64,000 nt of DNA from Candidatus Limimorpha sp. (GTDB lineage: Bacteria > Bacteroidota > Bacteroidia > Bacteroidales > F082): contig JBGVET010000026.1 of the NCBI GenBank assembly GCA_045120395.1, positions 5,691 to 69,690 on the forward strand. Reading direction: 5' to 3'. The first letter of the stretch is position 1. Each line of letters begins with the position of its first letter. Positions 46,984-56,618 of this stretch are shown here, piece after piece. The notes below the pieces were generated by a model. That model was not told the origin of the DNA. It did no database searches and saw only the letters and a program-made list of their open reading frames with translations. A program made the translations under genes and the position numbers.

Positions 46984-48777
46984 TTATTTATACATTGGTC
47001 CGAAGTTAGCGCAAGCTCTGAAGTCTTGACCTTCTTTATCCATGCCGAAGGCGTTCCATACTGAAGGACGGAAGATTTTTTCTTCTGGCACGTTGTGCAT
47101 TGATACAGGGATGCGTAACATTGAGCATAATGTGATGAGGTCAGCGCCGATGTGACCATAGCTGATAGCTCCGTGGTTTGCGCCCCAGTTGTTCATCACT
47201 TCGTAAGCTGTTGTGAAAGCGCCTTTACCTGTTGTGCGTGGTGCGAACCATGTGCAAGGCCATGTGTAGTCAGTGCGTTTCCATAATGTGTCTGACACTT
47301 TTTCTGGGAGGTTGACAGTCCAGCCTTCAGCTATTTGGATGCATGGTCCGAGGCCTTTGACGAGGTTGAGACGAATCATTGTGACAGGCATTTCTGCTTT
47401 TGTCTCAAAGCGTGATGAGTAACCGCCACCACGGAAGTAACCGTAGTCAGCAGAGCACCATTCTGTGGCGTTCATCATTGCGTCTTGGTCAGCTTCTGTT
47501 ACATCCCACCATTGTTTCATTACGTTGTTACCGTTTTCATCTTTGCAAACGCCAGAAGCGTCAACGCAGCAAGCACCTGAATTAATAAGGTGAATGATAC
47601 CGCCTGATTGTTGAGCTACGCCTTCTAAGTCGTAACCTGTTGCGCCTTTCACTGCTTCAGGACTCCAGTAAGTACGAACGTCGGCGAACATCTGTGGACG
47701 ATTTGTCAACAGTTTCATGAATAACATGCCTATGCCGTTAAGGACGTCGTTTTCTGTTGCGAGGATATAAGGCTCACGTGCGCCGTTCCAGTCGAATGAT
47801 GAGTTGAGCATTGACTCAGCGAAGTCGCCGTTTGGATAGAAGTCGGTCCATTGACGTTGACCTTGGAAGCCAGCAGCGATGGCGTTGTGACCTACCATTT
47901 CTTCTTCGCAGCCTTCAGGGAGGTTAGGGTTGCCGTTCATCATGTCTTTGATGATGACCATCATCTTAACGACGAATTCCCACATCTCTTCTTTCTCAGC
48001 AGCTGTCTTCTTAAGATATTCTGGGTTTTTATCGAGACCTTCTATGCATTTAGCTTTAGTCCAAGCGAGAGCTTTTTCGTATTCGTTCTTATCGTATATT
48101 CCGTTAGTCATGCGGCGGATGATTTCCACTTCGTCGACAGACTCGACGCGCATTCCGAGATATTCTTCGATGAAGTTAGGGTCGATGATTGAGCCACCGA
48201 TACCCATACAGATAGAACCAATTTGGAGGTATGACTTTCCACGCATTGAAGCTGCAGCGACGGCAGCGCGAGCGAAGCGTAAGAGTTTCTCTTGTACGTC
48301 AGCTGGGATTGTAGTGTCGTCAGCGTTTTGTACGTCATGACCATAGATACCGAAAGCTGGCAAACCTTTTTGAGCATGTGTTGCTAAAACTGATGCGAGA
48401 TATACAGCACCTGGACGTTCTGTTCCGTTGAAACCCCAGACGCCTTTGATTGTCATTGGATCCATGTCCATTGTCTCAGCGCCGTAGCACCAGCAAGGAG
48501 TGACAGTAAGAGTGATGTCGACGCCTTCTTTTCTGAATTTGTCGGCACAAGCAGCGGCTTCTGCAACGCGACCTATTGTAGTGTCAGCTATGACGACTTT
48601 AACAGGTTCTCCGTTAGAATATTTCAAGTTATCTGTGAAAAGCTTAGCAGCAGCTTTTGCCATATTCATTGTTTGATCTTCAAGAGATTCGCGTACTTTA
48701 AGAGCACCACGACGGCCGTCGATGGTTGGGCGGATTCCGATGACAGGATAATCGCCTATGAGTCTGTTTTTTGCCAT
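46984..48777 (-). CDS. fucI: L-fucose isomerase
   Basis: 597 aa; [24 protein letters not shown]-terminus and overall length typical of FucI. Confidence 0.9.
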   Translation of the reverse strand: MAKNRLIGDYPVIGIRPTIDGRRGALKVRESLEDQTMNMAKAAAKLFTDNLKYSNGEPVKVVIADTTIGRVAEAAACADKFRKEGVDITLTVTPCWCYGAETMDMDPMTIKGVWGFNGTERPGAVYLASVLATHAQKGLPAFGIYGHDVQNADDTTIPADVQEKLLRFARAAVAAASMRGKSYLQIGSICMGIGGSIIDPNFIEEYLGMRVESVDEVEIIRRMTNGIYDKNEYEKALAWTKAKCIEGLDKNPEYLKKTAAEKEEMWEFVVKMMVIIKDMMNGNPNLPEGCEEEMVGHNAIAAGFQGQRQWTDFYPNGDFAESMLNSSFDWNGAREPYILATENDVLNGIGMLFMKLLTNRPQMFADVRTYWSPEAVKGATGYDLEGVAQQSGGIIHLINSGACCVDASGVCKDENGNNVMKQWWDVTEADQDAMMNATEWCSADYGYFRGGGYSSRFETKAEMPVTMIRLNLVKGLGPCIQIAEGWTVNLPEKVSDTLWKRTDYTWPCTWFAPRTTGKGAFTTAYEVMNNWGANHGAISYGHIGADLITLCSMLRIPVSMHNVPEEKIFRPSVWNAFGMDKEGQDFRACANFGPMYK

Positions 48778-48937
48778 GATATTTTAAGTTATTAAGTTTC
48801 TAAGTTACTAAGATACTGAGATGATGATATTAAGTCAGCATCTCTTGTCATAAGACATCTACAAAGATATAAAAAGTCAATAGACAACAGACAATGGACA
48901 ACAGATTTTTTTTAATTAAAATAGAAAAAAAAGAAAA

Positions 48938-48962
48938 CCCCAGCACAATGCCGAGGTTCCCA
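48938..48962 (-). terminator. terminator hairpin downstream of the 5S-like sequence
   Basis: On minus strand CCUCGGCA-UUG-UGCUGGGG (8 bp incl. 2 GU) followed by UUUUCUUUUUUUU. Confidence 0.5.
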
Positions 48963-48968
48963 TTATAT

Positions 48969-49066
48969 GGTGGCGACGACCTACTTTCCCACAACTTAAT
49001 GCAGTATCATCGGCTCTGCGGGACCTAACTTCTCTGTTCGGAATGGGAAGAGGTAGACTCACCATG
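48969..49066 (-). rRNA. 5S rRNA-like sequence, orphan and apparently 5'-defective
   Basis: Minus strand reads CCUCUUCCCAUUCCGAACAGAGAAGUUAGGUCCCGCAGAGCCGAUGAUACUGCAUUAAGUUGUGGGAAAGUAGGUCGUCGCCACC (loop C/helix III-V and 3' end of 5S); no GCUCUGCGGG partner strand for helix II upstream; no 23S/16S nearby. Confidence 0.55.
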
Positions 49067-49084
49067 TGTATCTAAACAAGCAAA

Positions 49085-49480
49085 TTAGTATATCTCTACA
49101 CCTAATTTTTTACATTGTTTTTCATATTCTTCTTCGTAAGTCAAATAATCTGTATCATTATATTTATTCTCAATAAATGTTTCTAAATCATCTAATTCAT
49201 CTTCCAATTTAATGATTTGATTTTCTATTTTATCAGCTTTATCATCATCATATTCTTCTTCCCAAAGAATTTCTAAATCTTCAATCTTTTTTAATAATTC
49301 AGCCACTTTTTTAGCATCTGCCACTATTTTCTTATAGTTGTCTTCTGGTTCAGGGGTTGTAACAACTGGAGTCGTTTCTGGTTGTACATTTTCTTTGTTA
49401 GCATTATTGTTTGAACCACTACCACATGATGTTAACAAAAACATTGAGAAACAAATTAAAGCAAAAAAAACTTTTTTCAT
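49085..49480 (-). CDS. acidic lipoprotein (131 aa)
   Basis: Lipobox FLLTSC; Glu/Asp-rich helical remainder. Confidence 0.55.
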   Translation of the reverse strand: MKKVFFALICFSMFLLTSCGSGSNNNANKENVQPETTPVVTTPEPEDNYKKIVADAKKVAELLKKIEDLEILWEEEYDDDKADKIENQIIKLEDELDDLETFIENKYNDTDYLTYEEEYEKQCKKLGVEIY

Positions 49481-49627
49481 AACTACAAATTTTAAATTAT
49501 TACTTTATTTAGATTTAAGTTAAACATGTCGCAAAAATATACATTAAAGAAATCCAAAAAATTGTCTTTTGTTGTCTTTTTCAATCTGTCCGTTAACCTT
49601 CGATTTTCCATTTGTTAGATACTCATC

Positions 49628-49726
49628 TCCCAATGCGTTAGGGATTGAAGCGGCATCCTTTTGGAAGAGACGCAATATTTTGCGTCTATACATTAGCGGA
49701 AAGCCCGACGCAAAGCGGAACGCCCA
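49628..49726 (+). repeat. ~92-bp dispersed element, copy C, with nested GAGACGCAATATTTTGCGTCT palindrome
   Basis: CCCAATGCGTTAGGGATTGAAGCGGCATCCTTTTGGAAGAGACGCAATATTTTGCGTCTATACATTAGCGGAAAGCCCGACGCAAAGCGGAACGCCCAGA. Confidence 0.8.
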
Positions 49727-49837
49727 GATAAAGTTAGAGTGTAGAGTGTAGAGTTGAGAGTGTAGAGTTTATTGAAAATTTATACTATGGAAAGTGAAAA
49801 ATAATATATATATTGCGGTGTCTAAAAATCTTATGTT

Positions 49838-51781
49838 ATGAAAAAGTATTTACTCATTATTATTGCCATTATGATTGGCAGCAATATCATAAATGCGCAG
49901 GTTGAGGTGATTGACAACAAAGGCAACAGAAACCAGACTTATCCTTTGGTAACAGAAGTAAATCCTACTATTGTTGAGATGCTCAGTCAGGTGGACACAA
50001 TTAATTTGTATAACACCATCGACTGGATGCAGCAATATATTCGCGACGCAAGGAAGCCTGAAGCTCTCATTACACAAAATTATCTCCTCGACAGATTTGA
50101 AGAGATAGGATTGGAGACTTACATCCATAATCACACTGCGACTATCGGCGGAACCGACACTCTCGAAGCAGGCAATATCATAGCTGTGCAACTCGGAACA
50201 GAGTTTCCAGACGAATATATTATTATATCCTCCCACTACGACCATCCTGACGGCCCTGGCGCAGATGACAACGCTTCTGGAACTGCAGGGGTTTTGGAAT
50301 GTGCCAGAATCTTAAGCCAGCATGAATTCAAACGCAGCATACTTTACATACCATTCAATGGTGAGGAAAGATGGATGGTCGGAAGCTATCCTTTTGTACA
50401 GAAATGCGCTCGTGAGAATATGAATATACTCGGTGTTTTCAACCTTGATATGCTTGGATTTTGGCCTGGTCCTGAATATGGTGCACTCACTATGTATTCT
50501 GGATATTCTTATATCTCGAAACAGCTGTTCGATTATTATCAACATGTAGCCAACCTTTATATTCCTGAGATACCGACATATTATTTCACAGAAGTGATAG
50601 ATTCCTACGGAGGCGACCACATGCCTTTCAACATCTATGAATATCCAGCATTATATATCGGCGACACTGAATACCAAGATGAAAACATACATTACCACAA
50701 ACCTTCCGATACCATAGGCGCAGGAGTGAACTGCTTCGCATTGGCACAAGGTTTTGTAAAAGCAACAATAGCAACTACTGCAGAACTCGCCGACGGATGG
50801 CTCGCACCACAAGACTTCAGTGCCATTATAAAAGATGGTGAAGTGCTCCTTAGTTGGGACGAGGCGGCTGAAACTGAATTTTACAGACTTTTTAAAAATG
50901 ATGAGCTTTTAGTAGAAACGACAAACAACTCTTTCGTTGACAAAGACTTCATCGACAACGAATGGCATCGTTATTATGTGAAAGGCGTTCATGCCGACAG
51001 TAAGGAAAGTCCTGCTTCAAATCCAGATTCTGTATTTACCAGACGAGAACTTAAGCTCCCTGTATTTTACGACTTTGAAGGCGACACAGTAGAAGGTATA
51101 TTCTTAAACAATAATAACTGGAGTCTTAGCAGTTACGAAGCAGAAAACTGTTTGAAATCTGAGACTTATACTCACGACAACATCCTGCAAATTATAGAAT
51201 TCCAATGTTTCTCAATCCCTGACAGCATTGAAAACGTCACCCTTGGATTGAAAATAATAAATACAAATTCTGTAACATGGTCACCTTACAACGGCAATGC
51301 ATATGTAGAAGTCACTACCGACAGAAAGACTTGGCATAAATTAGCGATGATATCCAAAACAGGACAAGAATGGAAAGAGGTTTTAGTTTCATTAAATGAT
51401 TATATTGGATACGATTACGTCCAGGCTAGAATACGATACGAAAGCAGTGGTGAAGGAGAAATATTATCTTTGAGTAGAGATATTTACATCGATGATTTGT
51501 TTATCAACTTCGAGTCTATTGACGATACTCCAGAAACTCCTACACAAGAAAAATTCGATCTGTCGATATCGCCTAATCCATCAAATGGCATAGTCACAAT
51601 CAAGTCTGGTGTGAAACAAAAATACAGTCTCTCCATTTACAACATACTTGGTGAAAGACTATTCTCAGACGACAGCTTCTCTGATGGAACACTAGATTTG
51701 AAATTCCTTCCAAAAGGAACATACTTCATCTCTATAAATAATGGCGTTGAGAGAATCTCAAAAAGAGTTGTGATAAGATAG
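49838..51781 (+). CDS. M28-family aminopeptidase with T9SS C-terminal sorting domain
   Basis: SSHYDHPDGPGADDNASGTAGVLECARIL; C-terminal LSISPNPSNGIVTIKS...GTYFISINNGVERISKRVVIR. Confidence 0.8.
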   Translation: MKKYLLIIIAIMIGSNIINAQVEVIDNKGNRNQTYPLVTEVNPTIVEMLSQVDTINLYNTIDWMQQYIRDARKPEALITQNYLLDRFEEIGLETYIHNHTATIGGTDTLEAGNIIAVQLGTEFPDEYIIISSHYDHPDGPGADDNASGTAGVLECARILSQHEFKRSILYIPFNGEERWMVGSYPFVQKCARENMNILGVFNLDMLGFWPGPEYGALTMYSGYSYISKQLFDYYQHVANLYIPEIPTYYFTEVIDSYGGDHMPFNIYEYPALYIGDTEYQDENIHYHKPSDTIGAGVNCFALAQGFVKATIATTAELADGWLAPQDFSAIIKDGEVLLSWDEAAETEFYRLFKNDELLVETTNNSFVDKDFIDNEWHRYYVKGVHADSKESPASNPDSVFTRRELKLPVFYDFEGDTVEGIFLNNNNWSLSSYEAENCLKSETYTHDNILQIIEFQCFSIPDSIENVTLGLKIINTNSVTWSPYNGNAYVEVTTDRKTWHKLAMISKTGQEWKEVLVSLNDYIGYDYVQARIRYESSGEGEILSLSRDIYIDDLFINFESIDDTPETPTQEKFDLSISPNPSNGIVTIKSGVKQKYSLSIYNILGERLFSDDSFSDGTLDLKFLPKGTYFISINNGVERISKRVVIR

Positions 51782-51976
51782 AACGAAGAACTTTTTTTGA
51801 TGTCAGGACGGCTTTGCCGAAACGCCCAAAAAAAGACTAAAGTCGAAAGGCTAATGACTAAAGTTCTTAGTTCAACAGCCTTAGTTCTTAGTTTTAAAAA
51901 AACTCCTAACTCCTCATTCCTAACTCCTAACTAAAATAAATTTTACTTTATTAATATAAAGCTTCACTAAAAAGTT

Positions 51977-51984
51977 TATTTTTG
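51977..51984 (+). promoter_or_regulatory. candidate -7 box TATTTTTG for trxB
   Basis: TAnnTTTG match 37 nt upstream of ATG 52021. Confidence 0.4.
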
Positions 51985-52020
51985 CAAAAAGAAAAAATTT
52001 TAACATAAAAATATAAAACA

Positions 52021-52971
52021 ATGAGCGAAAATTTAGAAAGAGTACAATGTCTTATCCTCGGCTCAGGTCCTGCAGGATACACAACAGCGATTTATACATG
52101 TCGTGCTGACCTCAAAACTGTCATCTACGAAGGTCCTATCACAGGCGGTCAGTTGATGCAGACAACAGAAATTGAGAACTTCCCTGGTTACCCACAAGGC
52201 GTACACGGCGGACAAATGATGCAAGACATCCGTCAACAAGCTGAACGTTTCGGCGTTGAGTTCCGCATGGGTTCTATCGTTGAAGTCGACACAACATCAC
52301 GTCCTTTCAGAGTAAAATCAGAGACAGGCGATGAATTGTTAGCAGACACTATCGTTGTTGCTACAGGCGCATCAGCACGTTGGTTAGGCGTTAAAGGTGA
52401 AGAGCAATTCAAAGGCGGCGGCGTTTCAGCATGCGCTACATGCGATGGTTTCTTCTTCAAAGGCAGAGACGTTGCTGTTGTTGGCGGCGGCGACACAGCT
52501 TGCGAAGACGCTACATACCTCTCACACCTCTGCAACAAAGTTTATTTGATTGTACGTCGTGACGTTCTCCGCGCTTCTAAAGCTATGCAACACAGAGTTC
52601 TCAACACACCTAACATCGAAGTCCTTTGGAACACACAAACAAAAGAATTATTCGGCGAATCAGAAGGCTTCATGGCAACATTACAAGGCGCAGTTGTCGT
52701 CAATAGCGTAACAAACGAAGAACGCACTCTCAACATCGACGGTTTCTTCGAAGCAATCGGCAACACACCTAACACAGCTATCTTCAAAGATAAACTCGAA
52801 ATGGACGAAGCTGGTTACATCATCACAAAACCTAAATCAACAGCAACAAGCGTTCCTGGTATCTTCGCAGCAGGCGACTGCCAAGACAGATTGTTCCGTC
52901 AAGCTATCATCGCTGCAGGTTCAGGTGCAACAGCTGGTATGGAAGTTGAAAGATTCCTCATGGAGAATTAA
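52021..52971 (+). CDS. trxB: thioredoxin-disulfide reductase
   Basis: ILGSGPAGYTTAIY (FAD), ACATCDGFFF (redox CxxC), VVGGGDTACEDA (NADPH), AAGDCQD. Confidence 0.95.
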   Translation: MSENLERVQCLILGSGPAGYTTAIYTCRADLKTVIYEGPITGGQLMQTTEIENFPGYPQGVHGGQMMQDIRQQAERFGVEFRMGSIVEVDTTSRPFRVKSETGDELLADTIVVATGASARWLGVKGEEQFKGGGVSACATCDGFFFKGRDVAVVGGGDTACEDATYLSHLCNKVYLIVRRDVLRASKAMQHRVLNTPNIEVLWNTQTKELFGESEGFMATLQGAVVVNSVTNEERTLNIDGFFEAIGNTPNTAIFKDKLEMDEAGYIITKPKSTATSVPGIFAAGDCQDRLFRQAIIAAGSGATAGMEVERFLMEN

Positions 52972-52982
52972 GAATTTACAAT

Positions 52983-53034
52983 GTAGAGACGTATCAATGA
53001 TTCCTGCAATATAAATACACATTGATGCGTCTTT
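52983..53034. repeat. palindromic element (copy P4, forward)
   Basis: GTAGAGACGTATCAATG ... CATTGATGCGTCT. Confidence 0.7.
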
Positions 53035-53068
53035 TTAATTGACAGTTGACAATTAACAATTTACAATT

Positions 53069-53102
53069 AGAGGTCGGGGAATTTTTTCCGACCTCTTTTT
53101 AT
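53069..53102 (+). terminator. rho-independent terminator
   Basis: AGAGGTCGG (53069-53077) / CCGACCTCT (53088-53096) then T-run; near-duplicate at 59024-59054. Confidence 0.65.
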
Positions 53103-53513
53103 TTATATGGATTATAAATTGTATACCTTACATCCTTTCCAAGTTCCATGCGGGAACAACCTCTATTTTTAAACCATCATGCTCTGTTGTTCTGTTTTGA
53201 TTGAATGTAATAATTTTACATTCTTTACATTTGGTAACATTAGACGCAGCAACTAAGCCTTCTATCTCTCGTTTTCCTTCTTATAAGGAAAAGAATCATA
53301 ACTTTTTTCCTTATAAAAAGGAAATTCATAACCCCATACTCCATCAATTATGCATTATGAATTATGCATTGTTAATTGTGTCTTATTTAGGGACAGTTTT
53401 ATGGCTTATTTAGGGATAGTGTAAGTTGTTGATAAATAGGAAAAATGGATAATATTGCATATCCACTACTATTGAAGAGATAACAAACGAAAAATTCATA
53501 AAATAAATACGTC

Positions 53514-54530
53514 ATGAAGAAAGAATATTTCTACTATCTCCTTATCACATTGGCTTTTGTGATAATGGCAACATTCAACGCCTGCAAGCCAGAACCAGAA
53601 CCACAAACTCCGGGAAGTGTTAAGGTAACCACAAGTTCCGTTTCTAATATCACAGAGACGAGTGCCAAATGCGGCGGCACGGTGACAGCTTCCGGTTATT
53701 CTGTAGGAAATTGCGGACTATGCTATAGCGAGTTACCTAATCCTACTGTAAGTTCGTATATAACATCAGACCAAGTAGGAACTGGAACCTTCACCTCCAC
53801 TATGAGCGGCTTGGAACCAGGAACAAAATATTACGTGAGAGCATACGCCACCACAAGCTCCGGAACATTATACGGAGAACAAAAAGAATTTACGACTTTA
53901 GGAGATGACAACGGTGGTGGAAATGGAGGAGGAAACGGAGATGATGATGACGAGCCGACCACTGGAACAATTAACGGACACGAATGGGTTGACCTCGGTT
54001 TGCCATCAGGTTTGAAATGGGCAACATGCAATGTAGGAGCGGATTCTCCAGAAGATTATGGTAACTATTACGCTTGGGGCGAGACAACGACAAAATCGAC
54101 TTACACAGAAGATAATAGTCTTACCTACGGACTTAATGAGTCGCAGCTGCAATCGCAAGGCTATATAGACGGAAGTGGCAATCTCACTCCATCACATGAT
54201 GCTGCCACAGCCAATTGGGGCGGAAGCTGGAGGATGCCTACAAAATTAGAAATGGAAGAATTGATTCTTAATTGTTCATGGAAACTTATCAATCAGAATG
54301 GTATTTATGGTTGTCTGTTAACAGGATCTAACGGATCATCAATATTCCTTCCAGCTGCTGGACTAATATATAATTCATCGTCAGATCATGTAGGAAAAGT
54401 TGGGAGATACTATGGTTCTACACCAAGTGATGACAGTGCATATACAATTAATTTCGGTCAAAATTTGGGTTGTTATGTTGATGATTATATACGTTATTGG
54501 GGGAAAAGCATCCGTCCTGTCTCAAATTGA
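53514..54530 (+). CDS. lipoprotein, N-terminal Ig/FN3-like module + Gly/Asp linker + DUF1566/Fib_succ_major-like C-terminal domain
   Basis: Lipobox TFNAC; GHEWVDLGLPSGLKWATCNVGA, YYAWGE, GSWRMPTKLEMEEL; paralog of 56619-57644. Confidence 0.65.
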   Translation: MKKEYFYYLLITLAFVIMATFNACKPEPEPQTPGSVKVTTSSVSNITETSAKCGGTVTASGYSVGNCGLCYSELPNPTVSSYITSDQVGTGTFTSTMSGLEPGTKYYVRAYATTSSGTLYGEQKEFTTLGDDNGGGNGGGNGDDDDEPTTGTINGHEWVDLGLPSGLKWATCNVGADSPEDYGNYYAWGETTTKSTYTEDNSLTYGLNESQLQSQGYIDGSGNLTPSHDAATANWGGSWRMPTKLEMEELILNCSWKLINQNGIYGCLLTGSNGSSIFLPAAGLIYNSSSDHVGKVGRYYGSTPSDDSAYTINFGQNLGCYVDDYIRYWGKSIRPVSN

Positions 54531-54569
54531 TTATAGTCAATTAAATATTAAAATAAACAAATAAAAATC

Positions 54570-54962
54570 ATGAAAAAATTAAAATTCGTTTTGATGGTAG
54601 TATTATGTCTCTCACTATCATCTTGTAGTCCCGAGTTTTGGGGAGCCTTGTTGATAGGCTTAACCACTCCGACATACAACAGCTATTCTTCGTATAGCAG
54701 CTACTCGACCACCCCATCATATTCCTCATCAAGCAGTTCGTATTCTGGTTCTACATATTCTTCTGGTTCTTCTTCGAGTTCATCATCAAGCAGTAGTAAC
54801 AAAGGACAAAGAACATGTAGCCAGTGTAATGGTACCGGTCAAGTGATAAAGAGTACAACTGGTTTCGGCAATAGAAAATGGTGCAGCATCTGCGGAAAGG
54901 AAGTCGCAGACAGCCACTATCACGGAACATGTCCTGGCTGCAAGGGAACAGGAAAATGGTAA
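54570..54962 (+). CDS. lipoprotein with Ser-rich linker and CxxCxGxG zinc-finger pair
   Basis: Lipobox LSLSSC; SSSSSYSGSTYSSGSSSSSSSSSS; CSQCNGTGQV and CPGCKGTGKW. Confidence 0.55.
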   Translation: MKKLKFVLMVVLCLSLSSCSPEFWGALLIGLTTPTYNSYSSYSSYSTTPSYSSSSSSYSGSTYSSGSSSSSSSSSSNKGQRTCSQCNGTGQVIKSTTGFGNRKWCSICGKEVADSHYHGTCPGCKGTGKW

Positions 54963-54996
54963 TTTAGAATTATAAACAGAATTAAAATAACACATT

Positions 54997-55530
54997 ATGA
55001 AAAAGACATTATTAATTTTAGCGATGGTTGTAACTTGCATGACAACTTCTTGCAAGAAGGACAACAATGACAATAACAACTTATCTAACGGTACTGATGA
55101 AGAACAATATACCGTTAATCCTACAATTGAAGCTAATTCTTCTTTTCTTTTCGGGACAACTTGGGAACATGATAAAAAGGAAGAATATGACGAAAAAGGA
55201 AAATTAGAAAGTACAGGAACTAGTTATATTGATTTCACATTAACATTTACTTCAGAACTACTCAAAGATAATTGTTATGTATTAGATATAAATGAATCTT
55301 ATGTTCCAGGGATGTACACCTGGTGGCATGTTGATGAAAATGGTTTATTAACATATTTTGCAGATGGATATGCCACTTATCTCGGTTATAGTGGAGTACA
55401 AGTCGGTCGATGGCTGGCCTCAGGCGGTTTTGTACATGAAGCAACGATTATAAAAAAAGCAGATAAATTAATTCTAAAAATGAATTATGATAGCGGCGGG
55501 TATACACTGCATTACTACACTCAAAAATAA
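54997..55530 (+). CDS. hypothetical lipoprotein
   Basis: MKKTLLILAMVVTCMTTSC signal/lipobox shared with neighbours. Confidence 0.55.
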   Translation: MKKTLLILAMVVTCMTTSCKKDNNDNNNLSNGTDEEQYTVNPTIEANSSFLFGTTWEHDKKEEYDEKGKLESTGTSYIDFTLTFTSELLKDNCYVLDINESYVPGMYTWWHVDENGLLTYFADGYATYLGYSGVQVGRWLASGGFVHEATIIKKADKLILKMNYDSGGYTLHYYTQK

Positions 55531-55595
55531 TAACAAGCTATGATAGGTTTATAATAGCAATGTTTAATAACAACATAACATCAACAAATTAAATT

Positions 55596-56189
55596 ATGAA
55601 AAAGACATTTATCAAATTATTCAGCATTTTTGCTATTGTGGCATTATTGGTTTCTTGTAATAAGGATGATGAAAACTATAATTATCAAACTCCAACAGAA
55701 CAAGGTGATAACAATGACAATAACAATAATAATGATGAAGAAGATAATATTCATCAAATAGTATCACAAAATGTTCGTGTAAATGTTAACTACCAGGATT
55801 ATGCATGGAGAATTTCAGGTACAACATCTTTAAGTTCTGTATTGAATGGGCAAGAAATAAAATATAAAATACAATGCGGATATTATATCGATGACAATCT
55901 ATCTTTTCAAGAATATTATATTGATAATATAACTTATAGTATCGATCATTTAGCACCTGTATTTCAACCTGGAATAGGCGATTTTATAGAACTTGCATTT
56001 TATTGGAGGTCATATTTAGCATTGATTGAAGAGCCTGAATTATCCCAATCAGAACAAGATTTGTATGACTCCATAATAGATCTGTTTGAAGATTATGAAT
56101 ACGAAGCCAAGTATAATTACTGGGGACGTTTTGTAGTAGAAATTGATGGTATTGATTATATCGTTAAAAAATTTGGATTAGAATTATAA
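55596..56189 (+). CDS. hypothetical lipoprotein
   Basis: Lipobox ALLVSC; Asn/Asp-rich linker. Confidence 0.55.
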   Translation: MKKTFIKLFSIFAIVALLVSCNKDDENYNYQTPTEQGDNNDNNNNNDEEDNIHQIVSQNVRVNVNYQDYAWRISGTTSLSSVLNGQEIKYKIQCGYYIDDNLSFQEYYIDNITYSIDHLAPVFQPGIGDFIELAFYWRSYLALIEEPELSQSEQDLYDSIIDLFEDYEYEAKYNYWGRFVVEIDGIDYIVKKFGLEL

Positions 56190-56210
56190 ACAGAATTAAA
56201 ATAACACATT

Positions 56211-56564
56211 ATGAAAAAGACATTATTGATTTTAACTATGGTTATTAGCTGTATGCTGACTTCTTGCAATAAGGACAATAATAATGAATCAAGCAATCCT
56301 TTTGTAGGCATATGGAAGCACTGTGACGACGACAAGATGGAATTCAAGGAAAATGGAGAATTTATTCTAATTTATAATTATTATTCAAATAATCCATCGA
56401 TGAAAAAAGGAAGTTATGCTTATAATAGTCAAACAAGCACCCTTTCTTTATCATACGACTCTGGATATACCCAATTAGCAATAGTACAATCTTGTAGCTA
56501 TGATAAAATTGTATATTATGATGCTGACGATCTGTATACATATACATTAATACGAGTTGAGTAA
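56211..56564 (+). CDS. small lipoprotein (lipocalin-like, tentative)
   Basis: MKKTLLILTMVISCMLTSC; FVGIWKH motif. Confidence 0.5.
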   Translation: MKKTLLILTMVISCMLTSCNKDNNNESSNPFVGIWKHCDDDKMEFKENGEFILIYNYYSNNPSMKKGSYAYNSQTSTLSLSYDSGYTQLAIVQSCSYDKIVYYDADDLYTYTLIRVE

Positions 56565-56618
56565 TAAATAGACATCTATAATTTTTAATATCAAGTATAA
56601 TTAAACTCAATTCAAATC

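Noticed and set aside
53201-53413. 70-aa ORF upstream of the lipoprotein cluster
   Set aside because: It runs through direct repeats (CTTATAARRAGGAAA..TTCATAAC x2, CTTATTTAGGGA x2) and AATGCATAAT words. It has no signal peptide, motif or start context, and is more likely regulatory or repeat DNA.
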